Below are positions 18,660 through 27,056 of a stretch of 35,622 bases of DNA, in pieces. Each line of letters begins with the position of its first letter. The first letter of the stretch is position 1. This DNA is from Actinomycetota bacterium. Its GTDB lineage: Bacteria > Actinomycetota > Humimicrobiia > Humimicrobiales > Humimicrobiaceae. The notes beneath the pieces were generated by a model. That model was not told the origin of the DNA and did not search any database. It saw only the letters and a program-made list of their open reading frames with translations. The position numbers and the translations under genes were made by a program. The DNA is taken from the NCBI GenBank assembly GCA_004376325.1, contig SOKC01000123.1:1-35622 (forward strand), given 5' to 3'.

Positions 18660-18797
18660 ATGAGGAAGTTTATTCTAAAAAATAAAATAAAAATATTAGC
18701 AACTTTTTCCTTTATAATTCCTTTTATTGTTTATCTACTAACCTTAATATTATGTTATATTGGTTTTCAATTAGCAACCTCAAAAAAATATATTTGA
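18660..18797 (+). pseudogene. Truncated N-terminal relic of a DUF2723 paralog (45-codon ORF)
   Basis: MRKFILKNKIKILATFSFIIPFIVYLLTL matches the start of the 22786-24675 protein at 19 of 26 residues; similarity stops abruptly after YLLTL. Confidence 0.75.
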
Positions 18798-18870
18798 TTT
18801 AGATATTCTATGTGTGAGAAAATGATGGAGATAACCCTATAACCAAAAAATTTAGAAATTAACATTATAA

Positions 18871-21066
18871 ATGATTAATAAATTTGCTAAAACACTTCCA
18901 ATCATAATATTAATAATTATCATTATAATAGGGTTAGCATTAGTTATCATTTCATATTTACCTTTTGAATTAGTTAAAACAGAAATAGACATTTTTACTC
19001 AAGATGGAACTTCTGATTTTTTTACAGCAGGACTCTTATTAAAATCAAGATTTGTTGGAATTGCAATAATCATTATATGTTGGATATTTAGCACTGTTAT
19101 AAAAGAGAGCCAACAATTATTTTCTAGCACCATAAGTTCATGCCCTTCTTTCTTCAAAGAGATTGGACATAACTTTCGGAAAATAATAAAAAAAGAAAAT
19201 AAAACACACCTTTATACTTTTGTCATAATAATGACTGTAGCAATTGCAATAAGATTGTATTTCTTATTACAGCCAATACGTTATATTGAAGCTTCTACTT
19301 TTATATATTATGCCCAAAAGCCTTTATTCATTGGACTTTCAGACTATTCCTATCCTAATAATCACCTTTTCCACACTTTTTTGGTTCATATTGCTTATCT
19401 TTTTTTTGGCAGCTCATTATGGGCAGTGCGTTTACCTGCACTAATTTTTGGAATACTTATAATCCCAATGACCTATATAGTTGCACGTATGTTTTATAAT
19501 AAATACGTAGCACTTCTCTCAACTGGTATCGTAGCTTCATCATCGATACTAATTGAATATTCATCTAATGCTACTGGCTATACTACAATAATTTTCTTTT
19601 CCATAGCAATTACTGCTCTTGCAAAATATCTAATAAACAATAAAAATTCATTTGCATGGTTGCTTTTTGCTATATTGTCTATACTTGGATTTTATACAAA
19701 ACCAATTATGCTATATTCATTTGGAATTGTTATTATTTGGCTTCTAGCATCAATTATATTTAGAGACACAAAATTGACTCATATCTACCTATTTAAAAAT
19801 TTGATTATTTCCTTAATTATCACATTCATTTCAACATTTATATTATATTTACCTGTTCTATTAGGGTCTCTCATAAAGCAAACTACTATTAACAAAAATA
19901 TAAAGTTATCATGGTCAGATTTTATTACAGTATTTCCATCATCAATGCATCAGATTTGGAGTCAATGGAATAGAGATATTCCAATTGTAATAAGTATACT
20001 TCTTATAATAGGTTTTTTTACCTCATTAATTTTTCATAAAAAAATTACAAACTATAAAATTCCAATCATTCTGGCAGCATTTACCTGGCTTACCTTCTTA
20101 CTTTTAATACAAAGAGCTATACTTCCTGAACATGGATGGCTATTTTTATTACCTCTTTTTATAGTGGTATCATCTGCAGGAATAATCTTCCTACTGGGGT
20201 TAGTTTTTTCTAAGATGAGAAATTACAAGTCTTTAGTATTCTCTATTATCGCTCTCATTTTATCAATAGGTCTTGGTTTCACAGTTTTTTTCTCCCAATC
20301 AATCTTTTATTCTAATGAAAAAGAAACACTTAGAGATGCAGAAGAAATTACCATCATGCTAAAATATCATCTTAAATCTGGTGATAGAATTGTGGCCAGT
20401 CCTCCCTCTGACTTACCATTAGTGTATTATTTTAATAAACACAATATTTCAACTGATTACTTATTATATACTGATTTCTATTCAAGCACTCGCGTATTTA
20501 TAATAGAGAATAAGTCAATTAAACAAACAATAAATGATGTCTTAAAATATCATAATTTATCACTTACAGGCTTTAGTAAGCCAGAGCTATTCAGTGAATT
20601 TGCATCTGCTTATATTTACAAAACAAATAACTTAAAATTTGAAAGTAAACTCATCCTTGATTTTAGAGAATATAGTAATGGTGAATTTCAAAATTCAAAA
20701 TTATCTTCGGACAAAAAAGAAATAATAATTGAAGAGGGTGAAAATAAACTTAAAATATGCAAAATACCGATTACAATCAATAGTGGTACTGATTATCTTA
20801 TTAGTTTTAAAATAAAGAAAACTGAAAATTTAGACAATGTTATATATTTTGACCTTTTTGGTGAATATTACGATAGGCCTGAGCAGGAATTTAATTTAAA
20901 ACCTGAGAAAATTAGTGAAGATTATACACAAATAGTTGAAGTTTTAAATTCTAATAAAGTCCCCCCTAATATTGATATTTATTTTAGAATATTTACTTAT
21001 TCTACTGGAGAAGCGATAATCAAAGATCTAGAAATCTATGATATTACAACCTGTACACAACCATAA
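18871..21066 (+). CDS. ArnT/PMT-family (GT-C) membrane glycosyltransferase with a C-terminal extracytoplasmic beta domain
   Basis: AIRL, YSYPNNHLFH, WAVRLPALIFG and YSSNATGY motifs; many TMs; soluble C-terminal region of about 250 aa. Confidence 0.75.
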   Translation: MINKFAKTLPIIILIIIIIIGLALVIISYLPFELVKTEIDIFTQDGTSDFFTAGLLLKSRFVGIAIIIICWIFSTVIKESQQLFSSTISSCPSFFKEIGHNFRKIIKKENKTHLYTFVIIMTVAIAIRLYFLLQPIRYIEASTFIYYAQKPLFIGLSDYSYPNNHLFHTFLVHIAYLFFGSSLWAVRLPALIFGILIIPMTYIVARMFYNKYVALLSTGIVASSSILIEYSSNATGYTTIIFFSIAITALAKYLINNKNSFAWLLFAILSILGFYTKPIMLYSFGIVIIWLLASIIFRDTKLTHIYLFKNLIISLIITFISTFILYLPVLLGSLIKQTTINKNIKLSWSDFITVFPSSMHQIWSQWNRDIPIVISILLIIGFFTSLIFHKKITNYKIPIILAAFTWLTFLLLIQRAILPEHGWLFLLPLFIVVSSAGIIFLLGLVFSKMRNYKSLVFSIIALILSIGLGFTVFFSQSIFYSNEKETLRDAEEITIMLKYHLKSGDRIVASPPSDLPLVYYFNKHNISTDYLLYTDFYSSTRVFIIENKSIKQTINDVLKYHNLSLTGFSKPELFSEFASAYIYKTNNLKFESKLILDFREYSNGEFQNSKLSSDKKEIIIEEGENKLKICKIPITINSGTDYLISFKIKKTENLDNVIYFDLFGEYYDRPEQEFNLKPEKISEDYTQIVEVLNSNKVPPNIDIYFRIFTYSTGEAIIKDLEIYDITTCTQP

Positions 21067-22624
21067 TTTTTGTTCCACCAATTTTTATTGAAAAATATTC
21101 ATCTTCATATGGATATTCATCTTTGTGCCACCTGTAATTACTTATAAAATATTTTGCCTCATCTAAACTATCCCTTTTCACATAAACCAATCTTTTTCTA
21201 TCATCAGAAGGTAAAATAAGAGAATTGTACCATCCACAAGCATTGGCAACATAAATTTTTATAACCTTGTCTTTATCATTTTTTAAAATATATTCTAAAG
21301 CCTGCCTGTATGATAATCCCCAATAGTCTAATTCAAAGCTATTTTTTACCTCCTTCATATTCTTACCAGCTAATATATTAAAATATACATTCTGATGGGG
21401 ATGATACCTTATCATAAATTGAGCTGTATGAATTAAGCTAGATGCTATAATAAGAATAAAAATTATATTTATAACCCTATAACTTAACCCTTTAAATTTT
21501 ATCTTAATAGATTTAGATAAATATATCAGACCTTCCAAAGAAAGTATTACAATAGGAGGGTAGATAAAAAGCATATGTCGCCATGCATCATGTACCACCG
21601 ACTTTAATATAATTATAGATGCCAGTGGCAAAAAGAACCATAGTATAAATATAAGATCATCTCTCCTATTAATATAACACTGTTTCGGATTTTTAAACAA
21701 TAGCTTTATTACAGAAAAGCACCCAATAAGAAATAAAGCAGTATATAATAACGGAGTGGTGACAAGTATCCATATGGGAATATAGTGCCAGGGTACTCTT
21801 AAACTACTTATATAATCTCCTAAGTATAGCATAGATCCAATCCATGGATAACGACTCATCTCTTTAAAGGCTTCTATAAAATGATAAACTGGATTCTCCC
21901 ATAAAGTAGGCCAGAAAAGTATAGTAAAAGAAATCAGCAAAGCCATATATAACAGGAAACTTCCAATAATCTTCTTATTTTTTATCTTAATTGGCTTAAT
22001 TATTAATAAATCAGCAAAAAGAAAAATAACGGTAAACAAAGGAACAATAATTCCTAAAATTCGTATATCAATAAGTAAGGCACAGATTAATGCATGAATA
22101 GCTGCTCTGGGTAAGGTTTTTCTATTTAAATAACTAACCAATGTGTATATACTTATTATAAACATGGACAAAAAAGGAAGATCTTTTGGGTTATAAAATG
22201 AATGAGCAAATATTCGAGGGCTTAAAATCAAAAACAAACTACCTAAAAGACCAATTTTCCAACTGTTAAACCTATATTTACATAATCTATAGAAAAAAAA
22301 TACACTTGTATAAAACAATAGAAAAGTAACTAAATGTCTCATTAAATATATATATCTTGAATCTGTCAGATGTAAAATTTTTTCTATCACAGTCAATAAC
22401 ATTGTAAAAAATGGTCCATGATATTTATTCTTAATATTGAGTAACTCTTGATCTCCTTCCATAACATATCTTATTACTGTCACTCCATAGTCTCTTTGAG
22501 CCTGATCATCCCACGTCATGCCAAAATCTTTAAAGATAAATATACCAATAAGCAGAAAAACCATAAAAAATAAGCATACTAGAATTTTATATTTTTCTTC
22601 AATTAAAATCTTAATTTTAACCAT
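21044..22624 (-). CDS. ArnT/PMT-like (GT-C) membrane glycosyltransferase
   Basis: GMTWDD in the first loop, YHGP, SPRIFAHSFYNPKDLP, PWHY, WRH and DYWG motifs; GAGG SD. Confidence 0.75.
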   Translation of the reverse strand: MVKIKILIEEKYKILVCLFFMVFLLIGIFIFKDFGMTWDDQAQRDYGVTVIRYVMEGDQELLNIKNKYHGPFFTMLLTVIEKILHLTDSRYIYLMRHLVTFLLFYTSVFFFYRLCKYRFNSWKIGLLGSLFLILSPRIFAHSFYNPKDLPFLSMFIISIYTLVSYLNRKTLPRAAIHALICALLIDIRILGIIVPLFTVIFLFADLLIIKPIKIKNKKIIGSFLLYMALLISFTILFWPTLWENPVYHFIEAFKEMSRYPWIGSMLYLGDYISSLRVPWHYIPIWILVTTPLLYTALFLIGCFSVIKLLFKNPKQCYINRRDDLIFILWFFLPLASIIILKSVVHDAWRHMLFIYPPIVILSLEGLIYLSKSIKIKFKGLSYRVINIIFILIIASSLIHTAQFMIRYHPHQNVYFNILAGKNMKEVKNSFELDYWGLSYRQALEYILKNDKDKVIKIYVANACGWYNSLILPSDDRKRLVYVKRDSLDEAKYFISNYRWHKDEYPYEDEYFSIKIGGTKIMVVYRL

Positions 22625-22633
22625 TCTAACCTC

Positions 22634-22750
22634 TCATAAATTTTTTACGGGTGAACTTCTACATAAAAATTTGCATGTATCTTTGGCTATCCTCACTATA
22701 GAATCGCTAAAATTTGCCTAATGGACAGGGACTTCTTTTACTCTAAGTAA
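22634..22750 (-). pseudogene. C-terminal relic of a polyprenyl/dolichyl-phosphate glycosyltransferase (ALG5/DPM-like GT2)
   Basis: Reads LLRVKEVPVH*ANFSDSIVRIAKDTCKF, matching the family pattern (I/V)KEVPVxW...SKV..xxD with TAG at the conserved Trp; no 5' part present. Confidence 0.65.
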
Positions 22751-22785
22751 TATTTATATTTCACTTATCAACAAACTCTATTGTT

Positions 22786-24675
22786 CTATCCTTTTATTTC
22801 TATTTCAATATCATCAGAGTTAATATATACGTCATGTGCAGTAATCCTAAACTTCACTTGAGATTTCCCAGGCCTGGTTCCTCTCAATTTTAAAATTAAA
22901 TTAATTTCATCTTCTGCCTCTACCACATATGAACCGCTTACCCACATATACATGCCTCTACTTATGCCAGGATCCTGATTAATATATCCCTCAGGTTCAA
23001 CCTCTACAAGCTCAATATTATCAGGGAGTTCAAGCTCAAGTGAAGAAATCTTTACTCTTTTTTTATTTTTATTTTTTATTATATATTCGACAGTAAATTT
23101 TTCACCAAATTTTTTACTATATTCATCAATTACATATTCAATTTTAATACTTACCTTTGGACTTACTACTTTATATAGTTCCAAAAATTCTTTATACCTG
23201 GGCCAATAATACTGTTTACCTATGCGCTCTGTGTTAAATTGTAATTTAAGAAAATTTTTATTTCCAACAAAATATACAGGAACATCCTTCTCAAGACTTT
23301 CAACCATATCCCCAACTGAATATTTAGGGTTGTTATGATAAATAAACTCTATTTCCTTATCCCCATATTCATATTCGTTCACAAACATACCAACATTGCT
23401 TGAGAATGCAAGTACATACATAATCGAATTTTCTTCCATGTTATCAATAGCCTTGTCCCAGAATTTATAAACATCTCCAGGTTCAGAACGGTCAACTCTA
23501 TTATAATTAGCATATATTAGTGAAAAAGGTTGGAAGACAAAAAATAAAAATATAATTGATAACGAAAAATATTTTAAAATGTTATCTATTTTTAATATTT
23601 TCTTATTAGATAATAACTTTTCAAATACAAATTTAATTGAACCAACTATAAGTAAAAATCCAAATGAAATGTAAATAGACATAATTAGCATTATATTTAG
23701 TACATAATTAGGGACTGCCCAGCCTATGTATTGAGTTATTATAGCAAGGTTAAAGATTATTAATAAAAGTGAGGAAATAGCAAATTTTTTATTTTTCTTA
23801 ATTAAATAGACAAATCCTATGATTGATAAAATTATTAATAGAATGCCATAATTCTTATAAATAATCTCTAAATAGTCCTTAAAAACTTCAAAAGCTGTTG
23901 AAATAGGCCTATCCCCAAAACTGCCACCATGAATTTTTCCCGATGTTGTTCTTCCAGTAACATAGTAAATGAATGTCTTAAAACTAGTTACACTTCCATA
24001 TCCCTGAAGCGATCTTATTGGAAGATAAATATATGATAAAAGTGGTAAAATAAAACATAATAGACTGATTGGGATTACTTTAAGGTTTCTAAAAATTCTT
24101 GGGTTTATAATAATTATATATATAAGAAATGCTGGCATTATAAAAAACGCAATAGGATGATTTGTTAAACTTAAACCCAAACAAAAGAAAAAAAAGTATA
24201 GATGTTTTCTTTCTCTACTTCCATTATATAGCAGTGCTGAGAAAACCACCAAGGCTATAAAAAAACTATTTAACGTATCAAACTCCAACCTATTGGCTAC
24301 GCTCCAAAATGGATACACAAAAGCAAATGTAAAAGAACTTATTAAGCTTATTAACTCATTTTTTACAAGCTTATTTATTGATAAAAATAAAAATAAAATT
24401 GTAAGTGCCCCAAATATTGCTGAAAATAAATTAAGTCTATAAGCTAAATCACCAACTGGTAAATATGTGATTAGTTTGCCAAGTAGCGAAAAAGTTGGAT
24501 ACCCGGTTGGAACAAAGATTTGCATCTTGGGTATTTGAAGTGCATACCAGCTTGTATCCCCTCCAACCAATTTACGCTCTAAGGTTAGTAGATAAATAAT
24601 AAAGGGTATTAAAAATGACAAAAACGCTAATATTAATATACTATATTTTAAAATAAAATTTTTTAATTTTATCAC
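22786..24675 (-). CDS. DUF2723 / TMEM260-like GT-C membrane protein with a C-terminal Ig-like (DUF11-like) domain
   Basis: YLLTL....GGD, PTGYP, YRLNLFSA, FWS, LSLTNH and YLPIRS motifs; GTG start; C-terminal beta-sandwich pattern. Confidence 0.8.
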   Translation of the reverse strand: MIKLKNFILKYSILILAFLSFLIPFIIYLLTLERKLVGGDTSWYALQIPKMQIFVPTGYPTFSLLGKLITYLPVGDLAYRLNLFSAIFGALTILFLFLSINKLVKNELISLISSFTFAFVYPFWSVANRLEFDTLNSFFIALVVFSALLYNGSRERKHLYFFFFCLGLSLTNHPIAFFIMPAFLIYIIIINPRIFRNLKVIPISLLCFILPLLSYIYLPIRSLQGYGSVTSFKTFIYYVTGRTTSGKIHGGSFGDRPISTAFEVFKDYLEIIYKNYGILLIILSIIGFVYLIKKNKKFAISSLLLIIFNLAIITQYIGWAVPNYVLNIMLIMSIYISFGFLLIVGSIKFVFEKLLSNKKILKIDNILKYFSLSIIFLFFVFQPFSLIYANYNRVDRSEPGDVYKFWDKAIDNMEENSIMYVLAFSSNVGMFVNEYEYGDKEIEFIYHNNPKYSVGDMVESLEKDVPVYFVGNKNFLKLQFNTERIGKQYYWPRYKEFLELYKVVSPKVSIKIEYVIDEYSKKFGEKFTVEYIIKNKNKKRVKISSLELELPDNIELVEVEPEGYINQDPGISRGMYMWVSGSYVVEAEDEINLILKLRGTRPGKSQVKFRITAHDVYINSDDIEIEIKG

Positions 24676-24725
24676 TACTTAAAAAGTAAAACTAATATAT
24701 TATGTCTGTTATACTTGATTTAGTC

Positions 24726-24734
24726 ATTATATCA
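24726..24734 (-). promoter_or_regulatory. Extended -10 promoter (TGATATAAT) for the DUF2723 gene
   Basis: Reverse complement of attatatca, 50 nt upstream of the GTG start. Confidence 0.5.
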
Positions 24735-24743
24735 CAAAGGTTT

Positions 24744-24778
24744 ATAGAACTACGTAAAATTTTTTACAATAGTTCTAT
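24744..24778. repeat. 35-bp imperfect palindrome, possible operator
   Basis: atagaacta-c-gtaaaa-tt-ttttac-aa-tagttctat: perfect 9-bp outer arms and 6-bp inner arms. Confidence 0.5.
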
Positions 24779-24926
24779 CTTACAAATAATATTAAAATAA
24801 GAATCATTACTAATTACATGCATATTATTTATAATATTTAGATATTGAAATAGTGATAGACAGATAATATAATGTTTTTAATTTATACCAATAAGATAGC
24901 AAATTATATTAACAAGGATAATGTAA

Positions 24927-25613
24927 TTGGAAAATAAAGTTAATATATATGTAGTTGTACCAGCTTACAACGAAGAAAACACCATCTCTGATGTTATTAC
25001 AAATCTAAAAAATAACAATTACAAAAATATAATTGTTATAGATGATGGGTCTACAGATTCTACTTATAAAATTGCAAAAGAAAACAAAACTATTGTAATA
25101 AAGCATCCAATTAATTTAGGTGCAGGTGCAGCTGTAAAGACTGGGACTGATTATGCATTGTCAATAGGTGCAGATATTATAATTATTTTTGATGCAGATG
25201 GTCAACATATGGCAAAAGACATAAATAATTTAATAAAACCTATTATAAATAAAGAAGTAGATGTTACACTAGGCTCAAGATTTTTGGATAAAAAAAGCAA
25301 TGTTCCTCTACTAAAAAAAATAATCTTAAAAGGTGGTGTAGTATTGGTATTTCTAATGTATGGAATTTTGCTAACTGATGCACATAATGGTCTTAAAGCC
25401 TTGAGTAGAAAGGCAGCTGAAAGAATAATTATCAATGCAAGAGGTTGGGAATATTGTTCTGAAATAATAGAAGAAATAAAAATAAAAAAAATAAAATACA
25501 AAGAAATTCCTGTAACCATAAAATACTCATCATATTCAATTAAAAAAGGCCAAAAAATCTATAATAGCTTAAACATTTTTCTGAAAATGATAAAAAAATG
25601 GCTCATAGAATAA
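24927..25613 (+). CDS. GT2 polyprenyl-phosphate glycosyltransferase (GacI/PpgS/DPM1-like)
   Basis: VPAYNEE, IDDGSTD, N.GAGAA..TG, FDADGQH, GSRF and TDAHNG motifs; TTG start behind an AAGGA SD; followed by DUF2304. Confidence 0.88.
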   Translation: MENKVNIYVVVPAYNEENTISDVITNLKNNNYKNIIVIDDGSTDSTYKIAKENKTIVIKHPINLGAGAAVKTGTDYALSIGADIIIIFDADGQHMAKDINNLIKPIINKEVDVTLGSRFLDKKSNVPLLKKIILKGGVVLVFLMYGILLTDAHNGLKALSRKAAERIIINARGWEYCSEIIEEIKIKKIKYKEIPVTIKYSSYSIKKGQKIYNSLNIFLKMIKKWLIE

Positions 25614-25629
25614 AAATAGGAGGATAAAA

Positions 25630-25977
25630 ATGATAAAACCGATCCAAGTTATTGCTATTGTATTCGGCATTTTTGCTTTAATTAAAGTAATTCTGAAAAT
25701 GAAAAATAGAAAATTATCACTGAATGAGTTCATATTTTGGTGTTCTATATGGGTGGTTCTTATAGTTTTATCAATCTTTCCACAAATTAGTGGAAATATT
25801 GCAGATTTTTTTGGTTTCACCAGAGGAATTGATTTTTTCATTGTATCAAGTATCTTATTAATATTTTACCTAATATTTAGAATATATATTAAATTAGAAG
25901 AATTAGACGATAAGATTACAAAATTGGCAAGAAGTATCGCAATTAAAGAAATAGCCAATAATATAAATAAAACTTAA
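25630..25977 (+). CDS. DUF2304 family membrane protein (GacJ/Rv3632-like)
   Basis: Three TMs with W, FP....IA.FFG..RG.D and a C-terminal coiled coil KITKLARSIA; strong AGGAGG SD. Confidence 0.85.
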   Translation: MIKPIQVIAIVFGIFALIKVILKMKNRKLSLNEFIFWCSIWVVLIVLSIFPQISGNIADFFGFTRGIDFFIVSSILLIFYLIFRIYIKLEELDDKITKLARSIAIKEIANNINKT

Positions 25978-25989
25978 AAAGTAAAAAAA

Positions 25990-27024
25990 TTGCCAGCACT
26001 AACTAAGAATAAAAAACTTATAATCAGACTTTTAATAAGCATTACAATTACCGTTTTCTTCATTTATTTTATTGTCAAAAATTTAAATATAAATGATTTT
26101 AAAAACCTTATTAACAACATAAATATCTACTTTATATTAATTGCTTTAAGTATACACACAATATGTTACCTTGTAAGAAGTTTAAGAATTTTAGTTTTAC
26201 TTAAAATCAAATTTTCTGAATTTAATAATATTTTCTTTACAGTCTCAAGACATTATATTTTAAATAAAATCCTTCCTGTAAGAATAGGAGAATTATCTCT
26301 TGTATACTTTCTTAAAAATGAACAAGAAATATCTTATACTAAAGGTTTGGGAGCATTACTTTACTTAAGAATTTTAGATTTACTAGCTGTGCCCTTATTT
26401 TTTATTGTAGCTTTTTCAATCAACTTTTCATCCTTTTCTAACTCAAATAACATAATTATATTACTTATCTTCTTAATTCTCTTTATAATGCTATTTTTTG
26501 TTTTTATTTTCTTAGGTAAGATTTTAAACTTAATTTTAAAATTTCTAAAATTATTACCAAAAAAAATAAAGTGGCTTGAAAAAAATATTTATTTTAAATT
26601 TTTAGAAAAATATAAAAATTTAGCTGATGAAATCAACAAATTTATTAAACTCAAAACAAATATAAAAGTAATTATTCTAACAATATTAAATAGATTATTA
26701 AACTCCCTGGTAGCATACACTATCTTTTTTGGATTTGGAATAAGTATAGGATTTATTAATTTTATAATAGGCTCTACCCTATCCATACTAACCGAAGCAT
26801 TACCAGTTAGTGGAATTGGTAGTTTTGGCACTTTTGAAGCTGGTTGGACACTAGGATTTGTATTAATCGGTTATAACCAGAAGCTTTCATTATTAACAGG
26901 ATTTGGAGTAAACATAATATTTTTTATTTTTACCATATTCCTATTAATTATTAGCTTCTTCTTATCTAAATATAGGGAAATTATTACAAGAAAGTTTCTA
27001 AAATTGGTCAAAGGTAATAGTTGA
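25990..27024 (+). CDS. LPG-synthase TM flippase-like membrane protein
   Basis: RSLR, NKILPVRIGEL, R.LD and LPVSGIGSFGTFE motifs. Confidence 0.82.
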   Translation: MPALTKNKKLIIRLLISITITVFFIYFIVKNLNINDFKNLINNINIYFILIALSIHTICYLVRSLRILVLLKIKFSEFNNIFFTVSRHYILNKILPVRIGELSLVYFLKNEQEISYTKGLGALLYLRILDLLAVPLFFIVAFSINFSSFSNSNNIIILLIFLILFIMLFFVFIFLGKILNLILKFLKLLPKKIKWLEKNIYFKFLEKYKNLADEINKFIKLKTNIKVIILTILNRLLNSLVAYTIFFGFGISIGFINFIIGSTLSILTEALPVSGIGSFGTFEAGWTLGFVLIGYNQKLSLLTGFGVNIIFFIFTIFLLIISFFLSKYREIITRKFLKLVKGNS

Positions 27025-27056
27025 TTATAGATGATGGTAGTTCAGATAACACAGGT
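27021..27056 (+). pseudogene. 12-codon GT2 relic (LIIDDGSSDNTG)
   Basis: Exact GT2 nucleotide-binding motif IIDDGSxDxT lying between a stop codon and the ATG of an unrelated gene. Confidence 0.6.
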
